Notes: generated by a model not told the origin, from the sequence alone. A stretch of DNA of 64,000 nucleotides from an uncultured Candidatus Saccharibacteria bacterium (GCA_964501355.1 CAZCSM010000001.1:10873-74872), one strand, 5' to 3'; shown: positions 9,736-19,490, numbered from the stretch's first letter. Numbers and translations: made by a program.

Positions 9736-10827
9736 ATGAAATTTTTCAAAACAACATTTGGACAGATTTTTATTGCTATTACGCTAACAGTTGTCGGTGT
9801 GCTGATGGTCGCCGGACTTGCTACCACCCAACAAGTTAACGATGGCTTTGATAGATTCGTCGAACAGCAACGGGAGTTCTTTGAAGGTCGTGGAATGTGG
9901 GCCAAAATTGCTGCTGTTGAAAATATCAAAGAGTTTGAGCGAATAACAAATGAGTTTAAAAGAACGGTCTCAAGATCAATCTTGTTTTCGTCAATAGTCG
10001 GTGTAACGGTTGGAATTGTCGTAAGTGTCATTATTTCTGACCAAATTACTAAGCCGCTTTCCCGACTGAAAGACATCGTAAAAAACGTTGCAAAAAACGA
10101 TTATGATACTCGCGCAAAGGTTGAAGGTTCTGCAGAAATTCGAGAACTGATTTTTGAGTTTAATAAACTTATTGCAGAGCTGGATAGAATAGAACAACTC
10201 CGCGAGGATCTTGTTACGGATGTCGCACATGAACTCAAGACTCCGCTGACAAAAGTCCGTGGGCAACTCGAGGGTGTAATCGATGGCGTTTATGACTTGG
10301 ATAAAGAGAATCTGGACAAGGTGCTGAAAAATGTTGATCAATTGGAATATCTGATTGAAAGACTTCAAGAGATGGTTCAGATAAAATCCGGTGTTCAAAA
10401 ATTGAAGTTGGAAAAATTAAATATCAAGAAAATTCTCGAGGAAGTAATTTCTGGTTTTTCCGGAAAAGAAATAACTATGATTTTGGATGTCGATTCGGAG
10501 ATTGAAATTGAAGCGGATGAGAAAAAGTTCCGCGAGATTCTAGACAATTTAATTGGTAATGCATACAAATATACAAATGAAGGGAAGATTACAATTACCG
10601 CAGATGAAAAATCGTTAGCAGTTTCCGATACAGGCGTTGGTATTCCGAAAAAAGATTTGCCCTATATTTTCGAGAGATTCTATCGTGTTGATAAATCAAG
10701 AAATAAAGAAACCGGTGGTCTTGGTCTGGGCTTAGCAATAGTGAAAGAACTCGTTGAGGCACATGGATGGACTGTTGAGGCGGAAAGTGAGGAAGGGAAG
10801 GGGAGTGAGTTTACAATTTTATTTTGA
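9736..10827 (+). CDS. HAMP-domain sensor histidine kinase (BaeS-like)
   Basis: Two TMs, HAMP, DVAHELKTPL H-box, NLIGNAYKY, DTGVGI, FERFYRVDKSR..GGLGLGLAIV. Confidence 0.95.
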   Translation: MKFFKTTFGQIFIAITLTVVGVLMVAGLATTQQVNDGFDRFVEQQREFFEGRGMWAKIAAVENIKEFERITNEFKRTVSRSILFSSIVGVTVGIVVSVIISDQITKPLSRLKDIVKNVAKNDYDTRAKVEGSAEIRELIFEFNKLIAELDRIEQLREDLVTDVAHELKTPLTKVRGQLEGVIDGVYDLDKENLDKVLKNVDQLEYLIERLQEMVQIKSGVQKLKLEKLNIKKILEEVISGFSGKEITMILDVDSEIEIEADEKKFREILDNLIGNAYKYTNEGKITITADEKSLAVSDTGVGIPKKDLPYIFERFYRVDKSRNKETGGLGLGLAIVKELVEAHGWTVEAESEEGKGSEFTILF

Positions 10828-10876
10828 AGAAAATTATAATTAATGTATAATTCGTGCGTTTAACACGATTTATACT

Positions 10877-11803
10877 ATGTGTGAGTCTGGGGTTGTTTTC
10901 GAAGGGGATCCTATTGTTGAAGTTGAGTCTGATAGCGATGTTAGAGCTATTGTAATAGATATGCCAACAAGTGAAGTTCAGCCGGTTGTTATCGTTCCTG
11001 TGATTGAAACCGTTGTTTTACATGAGGAAACACCTACTTCGTTACATTGTGATAGTTCCCATAGAGCTGGAGAGCATAACATAACAGTATTAAAAACGGT
11101 AGATAGATCTCTCCGTTCACAGAAAACTATCTTTGCAAAGATTTGCAATTTTATTTCTCCGGAAGTTGGAAAGGAATATCTTCATAGTTGGCAGAAAAGA
11201 GCCTTAGACGTTGTGATTGCAATTCCAGCTTCATTAGTTGCAGTCCCGACATCAATTGTTTTAGGGCTTATTCAGCATTTCAGTGATGGTGAATCAGCAT
11301 TTTTTTGGCAGACTCGCTTAAAAACCGATCTACAAACACCTTTCCAGATGCCAAAGATTCGCTCCATGAGAAGCGATGCCGATGCGTTAGATATAGAAGA
11401 AAAAGCTTCATTAATGGCTAATATACAGCCAGATAAAGATCCTCGTATTAGTGGAATCGGGAGGCTTCTACGGGTAACTGATGCCGACGAATTGCCACAG
11501 ATTGTTCAGGTTTTAATTGGAATTCAGAGTATTGTCGGTCCAAGAGCAGTATCTTTAGAGGTATTGTCTTTCATGGAAGACAAATTACCCGAAGATATCT
11601 TTAGGGAATGGATATCCAATTACATTAAAAATAAAAGAACGGGAATTGTTGGTGCAAATCAAATATTTAATAGGAACCGAAAAGATAACCTTGGAAGAAC
11701 TCATTATGATAATTTTTATGGTAATCATGCATCTTTAGGTTTTGATCTTTATATCCTTTGGAGAACATTCTTGAAACTTTCAAGATTGGAGAAATTGTTG
11801 TAG
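10877..11803 (+). CDS. Bacterial sugar transferase (polyprenyl-phosphate glycosylphosphotransferase family)
   Basis: KRALDVVIA...FFWQTR...KIRSM...DPRISGIGRLLR...DELPQ...SIVGPR. Confidence 0.85.
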   Translation: MCESGVVFEGDPIVEVESDSDVRAIVIDMPTSEVQPVVIVPVIETVVLHEETPTSLHCDSSHRAGEHNITVLKTVDRSLRSQKTIFAKICNFISPEVGKEYLHSWQKRALDVVIAIPASLVAVPTSIVLGLIQHFSDGESAFFWQTRLKTDLQTPFQMPKIRSMRSDADALDIEEKASLMANIQPDKDPRISGIGRLLRVTDADELPQIVQVLIGIQSIVGPRAVSLEVLSFMEDKLPEDIFREWISNYIKNKRTGIVGANQIFNRNRKDNLGRTHYDNFYGNHASLGFDLYILWRTFLKLSRLEKLL

Positions 11804-11834
11804 TTTTGTGATAGATTTTACTTGTCGTTTAACT

Positions 11835-12641
11835 ATGCAAATTGAAGTTATTGGTTGTTATGGTTCTGCTGCAAAAAATAAATACTTGTCAACGTATCTT
11901 CTGAAAGACGAATCTGGATATATTGCTCTTGATGCCGGATCTCTCTGTAATATTCTTGATGAAAAACAACTTCTCATTCATTCTGCAATAATAACACATG
12001 CACATCTTGATCATTGGAGAGATTTACCAATTCTTGCATATAATCAAGCAATGCCACAAAATGTTGTTAACCTTCCAGGATTTACGGTTTATGGAACCGG
12101 CAATGTCCTGTCCGCAATAAATTCTGATGGCTTTGCAGGGAAAAGTTGGGTTGATTTCCCGCAAATAGAAATTGATGGGAGAAAAATCGTTAGTTTTAAA
12201 CCAGTAGAAATAGAAAATACCTTTCAAATTGGCAAATATAAATTTACTGCATTTGAGGTTTCTCATCCTGTCTGTAAAGAATCCGGTGCTGTTTCGTATT
12301 TGATTGAGGATGATCACTCGGCCGTGCTTTATACCGGTGATATGGATTTTGCGGGCAAGGATTTTTGGAAATCATTTCAAGGTAATGAAAAACTCAAAGC
12401 TGTAATTATAGAATGTTCCTATCCTAATCGATTTGAAGAAACCTGTGCAATCCCTTTTCATCATCTAACGCCACAAATGTTGTCTGAACAATTTAGCCTT
12501 CTGAACAGGAATGATGTTACTTTTTATGCAACACATTTCTTTCCTCGTTATGAAGATGAAATCAAAGGCGAAATTGAGAGCCTAAATCAATCGGGGTTTA
12601 ATGTAAAAGTTTTAGAACAATCTTCGATAATTAAACTTTAA
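11835..12641 (+). CDS. MBL-fold hydrolase, class II cyclic-nucleotide phosphodiesterase-like
   Basis: MQIEVIGCYGS, ALDAGSL, ITHAHLDH, YTGD, IIECSYPN, HLTP; start placed at ATG 11835. Confidence 0.8.
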   Translation: MQIEVIGCYGSAAKNKYLSTYLLKDESGYIALDAGSLCNILDEKQLLIHSAIITHAHLDHWRDLPILAYNQAMPQNVVNLPGFTVYGTGNVLSAINSDGFAGKSWVDFPQIEIDGRKIVSFKPVEIENTFQIGKYKFTAFEVSHPVCKESGAVSYLIEDDHSAVLYTGDMDFAGKDFWKSFQGNEKLKAVIIECSYPNRFEETCAIPFHHLTPQMLSEQFSLLNRNDVTFYATHFFPRYEDEIKGEIESLNQSGFNVKVLEQSSIIKL

Positions 12642-12700
12642 ATTTCAAGCTAATTCAGATTGCCTAATTCCAAAAAGTGTTAGGTCTAGAAAGATAGTCT

Positions 12701-12913
12701 GTTACTTTTGGGAACAAAAGTAACCAAAATTCCTGAAACAAGACTTTCCTCCTGTGGAGGAGAGATGTCACGAAGTGACAGAGAGGAGAATTAGTGCCAG
12801 AGATAGTAATCATAGAACAGAAATTAATCGGCATAGAAATCCCCTTTGTCATACTTCGACAGACTCAGTATGACATTTCCCCTTTTCCAAAGGGGAATCT
12901 TGTTTCAGACTTC
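12701..12913. repeat. ~210-bp structured repeat (MITE/REPIN-like), copy 2
   Basis: Direct repeat of 9421-9633, offset 3280 bp, few substitutions. Confidence 0.9.
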
Positions 12914-13093
12914 GACGAGTAACCAACCAAATTCAGGTAATAAAAGGTTATTTTAAAGTTATTAAAAACTAAGATTTGATTTTTGATAAGTTCTTCTTTT
13001 TCTTCCACATTCCCTCCATATTCATCCGCTATTATCTTCTTACAGTCAAATAATAAATCGGAAAACACACAAACTTACAGCGGTTAGCTGAAT

Positions 13094-13120
13094 AGATCCT
13101 TCGACAGGCTCAGGATGACA
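13094..13120 (-). repeat. TGTC-type REP-like palindrome
   Basis: agatccttcgacaggctcaggatgaca. Confidence 0.65.
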
Positions 13121-13289
13121 TAGTGTTGATTTGAAGAGAGTAAATATTTGATATTAAATCGTCAAGAGCAAGACTCAATTGAGTTTCTTTGCCAATAGTG
13201 GGAATGATAAGCTTTTCTGGGAGCCTAGTATATTTTAAAGTACGAGTAACTGGAGAGCTTATTAATTATTTAAATTTATTCAAAGTAAG

Positions 13290-13772
13290 ATGAACAAGAA
13301 AATGATGGTTGCTGTCATTGCAACCGGGTCAATTGTCGTCGCAGGTTTTGTAACTGCAACAACGGCCTTTGCGTCAGAAGATGCATACAAGCCAATGATG
13401 CAAAGATTTGCAGAACGATTGGGCGTAACGACAGAACAAGCACAAGAGGCGTGGGACGAAACTCATTCCGAGATGCAAACAGAACGTCTAGATAATGCTG
13501 TTGAGAGCGAACTGATTACGGAAGAACAAAAAGCTATTATTCTTGAGAAACAAGAGGAAGTAAAAGCTGAACTTGACGCTTTGCGATCTGAAGATCCAAT
13601 CGATCATGATGCAGTTCATGAAGTTATGGAAGAAACAAAAGATTGGGCTGACGAGAATGACATTCCTGCTGGTATGGTTAATGGTGGCGGAATGAAGGGA
13701 CGTGGTGGTCATGGAGGAATGGGAGGAGAAGGAGATGGTGATGGTTTACATGACGGTTCTTGTTTAGAGTAA
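13290..13772 (+). CDS. Secreted helical protein with Gly/His-rich C-terminus
   Basis: Signal peptide ending AFA; FAERLGVT...RLDNAVESELITEEQK; GGMKGRGGHGGMGG tail. Confidence 0.75.
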   Translation: MNKKMMVAVIATGSIVVAGFVTATTAFASEDAYKPMMQRFAERLGVTTEQAQEAWDETHSEMQTERLDNAVESELITEEQKAIILEKQEEVKAELDALRSEDPIDHDAVHEVMEETKDWADENDIPAGMVNGGGMKGRGGHGGMGGEGDGDGLHDGSCLE

Positions 13773-13785
13773 TTTCTTCATTTTT

Positions 13786-13812
13786 AAGAGGTCGAGAAAT
13801 CGACCTCTTTTT
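13786..13812. terminator. Intrinsic (probably bidirectional) terminator
   Basis: aagaggtcga-gaaa-tcgacctctt followed by T-run, between convergent genes. Confidence 0.75.
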
Positions 13813-13813
13813 C

Positions 13814-14437
13814 TTATTGTATTAATGCTTTCTTAATAATATTGTTAAGTTCTTGAATATTGTTTTCTTCAATAACTCCAGTATGTAGAGATTTTACATT
13901 TCCGTTTTGAACAATAATTAATGATGGGAATTTCGTCACATTCAGTTTCTGTGCTAATTCAGGATATTTCTGAGCATCTAATTTATAAACTTTTAGATTG
14001 ATGCCTTCGAATAAATCCTTGTAAAGAACAGAACGTAGTCTACAGTCGGCAAATTCTTCATGCCAGACATCAATCAAAAATTTTTTTGACGAATTAAGAA
14101 TGGTTGAAAAAGTTGAATTGTCTAAAATCTCAGCAATGGCCGATTTGCCAGGTTGAACACCATATCTTTCTTGCCAGACCAGTTCCTCGGTTCGCGTATC
14201 AGCATTAATTGCATCTGTGATTTCTTTTTCGGATTCTTCATCTCTGACAAAAATAATTGCACTAATGGGACAGCTATCTGGCAAAGTACATTTGAGACAA
14301 AAAGTACATTTCTTTTCATCCCAAACGACCTTCTCTAGGTTTTGATCATACGTCAGCGCCTGGTTTGGACAATTAACAATACCTAAACATTCAGGTGAGC
14401 GATCACAAATCTTTTGATTGATAATAATTTTTGGCAT
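13814..14437 (-). CDS. 4Fe-4S ferredoxin / thioredoxin-like fusion
   Basis: CDRSPECLGIVNCP and CTFCLKCTLPDSCP Cys motifs; C-terminal KLDAQKYPELAQKLNVTKFPSLII (Trx fold). Confidence 0.75.
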   Translation of the reverse strand: MPKIIINQKICDRSPECLGIVNCPNQALTYDQNLEKVVWDEKKCTFCLKCTLPDSCPISAIIFVRDEESEKEITDAINADTRTEELVWQERYGVQPGKSAIAEILDNSTFSTILNSSKKFLIDVWHEEFADCRLRSVLYKDLFEGINLKVYKLDAQKYPELAQKLNVTKFPSLIIVQNGNVKSLHTGVIEENNIQELNNIIKKALIQ

Positions 14438-14461
14438 GGAACTGTTTTTATTAATTAAAAT

Positions 14462-15247
14462 TCAGTTTTTATTTTCTCCTTTTTTGATTTGTGGATCTTC
14501 TCTTTTCGCTTGTTCCCAGGCTAAGTTGTAAATATTCCTCAAGCTAGTCGCAATGTCTTTGTCGGTTATTACAAGAGAGTAGGGACGCTCTTTGTTAAAA
14601 GAAACAAAGATTACTTTATCATCATAAATCATCACGTCGGTTTCGGATCCCGGTTTTACAGGAACTCTAAGTTGAAGATTTTTGTCAGATCTGTACTCTG
14701 AAACATAATCATCATCCTCTAACTTCAGAATTTCTTTTGACCTGATATTCGTCTTTTTGAAGAACTTTTCAAAGTATTCCTCAAAAAATTTTCCTTTTAC
14801 TACTTCCTCGTAATTCTCAGCAAGGCACTGTATCAAGATTTCCTTTGCATCAAATGTCATGTTGTACGCCTGCTTGATGCCTTCTGCTCCCTCGAGAAAC
14901 TCGACCTTTGGTTTGTTGGATTTTTTGTTTTGCATAGATTTTAATTCACTTAAATTATCTTTTACAGCATTAAGTGATTGCGCAATCTCTTTCTGTTTAT
15001 TATCGAGAAGTATGGCCAATACTTCAGGATCTGCTGCCACATAATTCGCCTTTTCTCTCTTCAATGTTTTGGTTATCAATCCTTGCTTTATCAAGTCTTC
15101 AATTAAAGAATAAATTGTCGTTCTTGGAACATTGCTTTTTATAGCTAATTTAGAAATTGAACTCTCTCCTCTTTCTAAATTTGCAAGATAAATTGCAAGA
15201 TGTTCTTCTCTCAAATTTAATTGCTCAAATGTTTTTGTTAGATTCAT
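14462..15247 (-). CDS. TrmB-family transcriptional regulator
   Basis: IYLANLERG..SISKLAIKSNVPRTTIYSLIEDLIKQGLI; KPKVEFLEGAEGIK; IYDDKVIFVS. Confidence 0.88.
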   Translation of the reverse strand: MNLTKTFEQLNLREEHLAIYLANLERGESSISKLAIKSNVPRTTIYSLIEDLIKQGLITKTLKREKANYVAADPEVLAILLDNKQKEIAQSLNAVKDNLSELKSMQNKKSNKPKVEFLEGAEGIKQAYNMTFDAKEILIQCLAENYEEVVKGKFFEEYFEKFFKKTNIRSKEILKLEDDDYVSEYRSDKNLQLRVPVKPGSETDVMIYDDKVIFVSFNKERPYSLVITDKDIATSLRNIYNLAWEQAKREDPQIKKGENKN

Positions 15248-15486
15248 TGTGACGATGATTAGAACTATTTGCAGAGATTATACTCGATATGTACTGTGTG
15301 TAAAGTCTTTCTCGTTGTAATATTGTCGACGGATTTGTCGACAGTTGGTCTGGCCACAGTTGTGCGTTGTTGGTAAATGAGACTTGCATCATACTTCCGG
15401 TAAGTATATAATTGTTTATATTATCTTAATGAAATTTTAATTGTTCTGCCCTAAGATAATATTAATACTCGAGTTACTGTAACTTA

Positions 15487-16155
15487 ATGAGAGTTCTAGT
15501 AATTGAAAGCGATGCAGACTCAGCGCGACTTCTCCAAAGAGGGTTGGAAGCTGAGTATTACGCAGTGGATGTCGCTCACGATGGTGAAACTGGCCTCCGT
15601 CTTGCTGAAAGTGATGAATATGATGTTATCACGCTCAATATAAATCTTTCAGACATGGAGGGTTGTGAAGTTGTCAATTCTCTTCGTTCCCACAACATAG
15701 AATCTCCAATAATAATAATCACAGAGAAGAAGGGCTCAAAGAATAAAGCAGAACTCTTGAACTGTGGTTGCGATGATTATCTTGTAAAACCTTTTCATTT
15801 TGAGGAACTCGCAGCGAGAATTCGAGCTATTTTAAGAAGAAAAGGCTTCGTTCAAGATGATGTTTTGGAAATTGGTAATTTGATTTTGGATGCCGTCGGA
15901 CACGAGGTGAAATTTAAGGGAGAGTTAATTGAACTTCGAAATCGAGAGTTTGATTTGTTAGAATATCTAATGAGGAATGAAGGGCGCGTGGTTACTCGGA
16001 ATATGGTTCTTGAACATGTTTGGGATATAAACGCAGATGCCTTCAGTAACACTATTGAAGTTCATGTTACGCATCTAAGAAGGAAACTTGGTGAGGCTGG
16101 AATTATGATTAAAACAATTCGTGGCATTGGATATAAATTAATTGTACCTTCATGA
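15487..16155 (+). CDS. OmpR-family response regulator with atypical receiver (Asp->Asn)
   Basis: Receiver + winged helix; ITLNINLSDMEG where ILDLxLP is expected. Confidence 0.9.
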   Translation: MRVLVIESDADSARLLQRGLEAEYYAVDVAHDGETGLRLAESDEYDVITLNINLSDMEGCEVVNSLRSHNIESPIIIITEKKGSKNKAELLNCGCDDYLVKPFHFEELAARIRAILRRKGFVQDDVLEIGNLILDAVGHEVKFKGELIELRNREFDLLEYLMRNEGRVVTRNMVLEHVWDINADAFSNTIEVHVTHLRRKLGEAGIMIKTIRGIGYKLIVPS

Positions 16156-16826
16156 AAATTTTAATTATTGAGGACGATAAATCAATAGTTAGGCTACTTG
16201 TATCATACCTTCGAAAAAGAGGTTTTGATACAGATGTATCATTTAGTGGAAAGCCCGGATGCGACATGGTAAAGAAGGGTGATTTCGATTTGTTGATTCT
16301 GGATCTCGGTTTGCCTGATGTTGATGGAACAGAGGTTTGCAAATGCATTCGTGAGTTTTCCGATATTCCAATTCTTATCTTAACCGCTAGAGGGCAACTT
16401 GACGATAAAGTTTGTGGTCTCGATTTTGGTGCGGATGATTATTTAGTTAAACCTTTTGACAATAAAGAGCTGCATGCTAGGATTGAAGCTTTGACGCGAC
16501 GGGAATCAAAGATGGTTCTTCGTGGTAACACTTTATCGGTTGGTGATTTGGTCATGAATATCAAGAATCATACTGTTAGCTTAGCTGATGAAGATATTGA
16601 ACTAACGAAGAAAGAATATGCTCTACTTGAGTACCTGCTTCGAAATAAAAACCAGATTCTCTCGAGACTTCAAATCCTAACTCACGTATGGGATCAAAAT
16701 GTTGATACATTTACAAATACCGTTGATGTTCATGTTGCTTCATTAAGAAGAAAAATTCAAAATGAGAAATATGACCTGATCAAAACACTTCACGGTGTGG
16801 GGTACATGTTGAAAGACTCTGAATAA
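16152..16826 (+). CDS. OmpR-family response regulator
   Basis: IIEDD, LILDLGLPDVDG, GADDYLVKPF, NTVDVHVASLRRK; 4-bp overlap with upstream gene. Confidence 0.95.
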   Translation: MKILIIEDDKSIVRLLVSYLRKRGFDTDVSFSGKPGCDMVKKGDFDLLILDLGLPDVDGTEVCKCIREFSDIPILILTARGQLDDKVCGLDFGADDYLVKPFDNKELHARIEALTRRESKMVLRGNTLSVGDLVMNIKNHTVSLADEDIELTKKEYALLEYLLRNKNQILSRLQILTHVWDQNVDTFTNTVDVHVASLRRKIQNEKYDLIKTLHGVGYMLKDSE

Positions 16827-16860
16827 ATATCTCTATTTTAATTTTAAATTAGAACGTTCT

Positions 16861-16960
16861 TCTACTTTTGTGACCAAAAGTAGACAAAAGTCCTGGGGGG
16901 AAAGAGTGTCCTCCTAGCACGAACGTTATCCAAATAGCACCCGACATCATTCGCCCCCAG
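16861..16960. repeat. Divergent relative of the 210-bp element scaffold
   Basis: tctacttttg-tgac-caaaagtaga hairpin, caaaa, then ctgggggg...cccccag stem. Confidence 0.55.
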
Positions 16961-17321
16961 ACCCCACGTTAGAACAGCCGAACTTATACTACACAACCAT
17001 TAGAACACATCCATTTGTTTTAATAGAATTTAACTTCTTGTTAAAACTTTTTCAATATTTGGTTCAAACTTCTCAAATCTTGTTGTGATTTTATTTTAAG
17101 CCGCAAATGCTAGATTAACTGAGTATCAAAGTATACTTCACATGAATCGTTTAGGAAAAGACTACAATGTGAGCAAATTTGAGACTCGAGGTGTCAGAAG
17201 CTTCGCCATTATTAAGAAGTTTCTGCGCAGAAGCTCCAAAAGATTGTCTCGAAGAAATGAATCTGTTATTTCTCGGAACAGATTCTACAATACGGCTTTA
17301 TAATTTTACTTTAGCATCTTT

Positions 17322-19445
17322 ATGATGAAAAAAACTGCCCGATTGCGCAAAATTTTTGCGTATACCGCAAGTATCTCCCTGGTACTGGCAAATTTTCTGG
17401 GATTACTTGCGCCAATTAGTGTTTTTCCGGTTGAAAAAGCTTTTGCAAACGGTGATGGTCTCGTTGTTACTAAAACTGTTAATAATACAGATGTCTGGAG
17501 AGATCTTCCTGAGGATCGTCTCGTCGAGTATTCAATTACTGTAGAAAATACTGAGGCTTGTGATGAAGGACCGGTTGATGTAATGCTTGTTATGGATCGA
17601 TCCAGAACTATGGATGATGATACTTATTGTGAAGGTCCACTAGATCCTCTTGCACAAGAGAGTAAGGTTCGTTGTGAATCATATGGAGGAACTTGGTTTT
17701 TACAGCCAATTACTGATTCAAAAGATTCAGCAAAATACTTTGTCGACCTTCTTGATAATACAAAAGATTATGTTGGTCTTGTTTCATATGCTACAACAGC
17801 GAGTTTAGATCACGGTCTCTCTAATGATTACAATGGTGTAAAGATTGCTATAGATGGAATGACAGCCAATGGTTGGACGAATATCGGTCAGGCAATTTCT
17901 CTGGCTCATGCAGAATTTTTACTCAATGGTAGACCCGGAGACCCTGATTATGCAGTACCTGTTATTATTCTAATGACAGATGGTAGAGCTAATGTTGACG
18001 AAGCTGATAATGCAGGACTTGATCCAATACATGAGGCGGCGGGAGAAGCTTATGCTGAAGCAATGGCTGTTTTGGCAAAAGCTGATGGAATTCGTATAAT
18101 TACAATCGGTTTGGGTGATGAAACTAATGAAGATTGGTTACGTGATACGATTGCAACATCTCCATCTGATTATTATCACGCGCCAGATAGTAGTGGACTT
18201 GTGGCAATATATGAAAGTATTCAAGCATCTTTTGGAGGTGACTCAATATCAACTGTTTTAACAGATGATATCAGTGATATTCTTCTTGATGCTGATTTTT
18301 GGTATGCGAGTGATGGTGGTACTTTCGATGGTGTCAATACAGTTACTTGGGATCTTGGAACATTGTTATGCAAGAACGGTGAGTTAACAAGTAAAACTGT
18401 TTACTTTTCTGTTGTGGTACATGATGATGCTCCCGATGGCGATGTAATGGATAATATGGCGGTTACAACAAACCTCGGTGGTTCATCGGCACAAAGTAAT
18501 GTTGTCCACACAACAATTCATGCACTTGATAAAGTAGATGATATAGACCCTGTTGTTCCAGGAGATTTACTAACTTACACAATAGATTGGGCGACGGGAG
18601 ATTATGCGGTTATGGATGCAGTACTCGTGGATTATTTGGATGATAAGGTTAGTTTTTCATCTGCAAGTGATGGCGGTGTTTATGATTCAGTAACACATCA
18701 GGTTGAATGGCATTTAGGAGTTCAGCCTGCACATACATCAGGTCAAGTTACCTTAACGGTTCTCGTAGATAATCCTTGGACTGAAATTGGCGATTACCTT
18801 ATTCATAATGAAGCCGGGCTAACTTTGATTTATGAATTTCCTTTGCAATTTGAATACGAAACAACCGGATTTCCGGGTGAGGAAATAATGATGTATGAAG
18901 ATACGGATGTTGTTGCCGCACCAATTCTTCAAATTACAAAAACAAATAATGCACCGGCGGCCGGTGTCAATCCCAACGGTACAGTTACATTCACAATTGT
19001 CCTTTCAAATGTCGGAAACGAAGGTGCGACAGGTGCAATTATTACGGACACATTACCTACTGGAGTAACTTATGCTGCAGGTAGCAGTATGTTAGATGGT
19101 GTTGCCGTTGCTAACCCGACTGGTACTAATCCATATACTTGGACGGTTGGAGATCTTCCTGCTGGAAGCTCTGTTACATTAACATACAATATTACTGTTA
19201 ATGCGAATGCTACTGCGGGTGCTTACTCAAACATTTCCTTCGGAGATGCAGACGGTGTTGATCCTACCGATGAGGTAACCAGCACGTTTACGGTTATCAT
19301 TCCTTCGGTCTTGGGTGAAGAAACGAAGAAAGAAGAAGGGAAGGTTCTTGGAGCAACCGGTCAAGCTGCAATAGGAATTATTCTCTTAGGAGGATTAATG
19401 ACAATCGGATCTGGTGTTGTATTAAAGAAAAAGAGAGTGGCGTAG
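17322..19445 (+). CDS. VWA + DUF11 repeat surface protein with sortase-type C-terminal anchor
   Basis: Signal peptide; DVMLVMDRSRTM, TNIGQAI, ILMTDGRAN (VWA); ITKTNN..VNPNGTVTFTIVLSN..ITDTLP (DUF11); VLGATG-TM-KKKR tail. Confidence 0.88.
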   Translation: MMKKTARLRKIFAYTASISLVLANFLGLLAPISVFPVEKAFANGDGLVVTKTVNNTDVWRDLPEDRLVEYSITVENTEACDEGPVDVMLVMDRSRTMDDDTYCEGPLDPLAQESKVRCESYGGTWFLQPITDSKDSAKYFVDLLDNTKDYVGLVSYATTASLDHGLSNDYNGVKIAIDGMTANGWTNIGQAISLAHAEFLLNGRPGDPDYAVPVIILMTDGRANVDEADNAGLDPIHEAAGEAYAEAMAVLAKADGIRIITIGLGDETNEDWLRDTIATSPSDYYHAPDSSGLVAIYESIQASFGGDSISTVLTDDISDILLDADFWYASDGGTFDGVNTVTWDLGTLLCKNGELTSKTVYFSVVVHDDAPDGDVMDNMAVTTNLGGSSAQSNVVHTTIHALDKVDDIDPVVPGDLLTYTIDWATGDYAVMDAVLVDYLDDKVSFSSASDGGVYDSVTHQVEWHLGVQPAHTSGQVTLTVLVDNPWTEIGDYLIHNEAGLTLIYEFPLQFEYETTGFPGEEIMMYEDTDVVAAPILQITKTNNAPAAGVNPNGTVTFTIVLSNVGNEGATGAIITDTLPTGVTYAAGSSMLDGVAVANPTGTNPYTWTVGDLPAGSSVTLTYNITVNANATAGAYSNISFGDADGVDPTDEVTSTFTVIIPSVLGEETKKEEGKVLGATGQAAIGIILLGGLMTIGSGVVLKKKRVA

Positions 19446-19463
19446 GGAATAGAAGTTGATACT

Positions 19464-19490
19464 TGTAGGGACAGTCCTTGTGGCTGTCCC
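19464..19490 (+). repeat. GTAG-type REP palindrome
   Basis: tGTAGggacagtccttgtggctgtccc. Confidence 0.65.

Noticed and set aside
9421-12913. CRISPR array or IS element
   Set aside because: Two long copies only, no repeat-spacer periodicity, no cas or transposase gene
12664-13068. 62-aa and 67-aa minus-strand ORFs
   Set aside because: Largely translations of the 210-bp repeat
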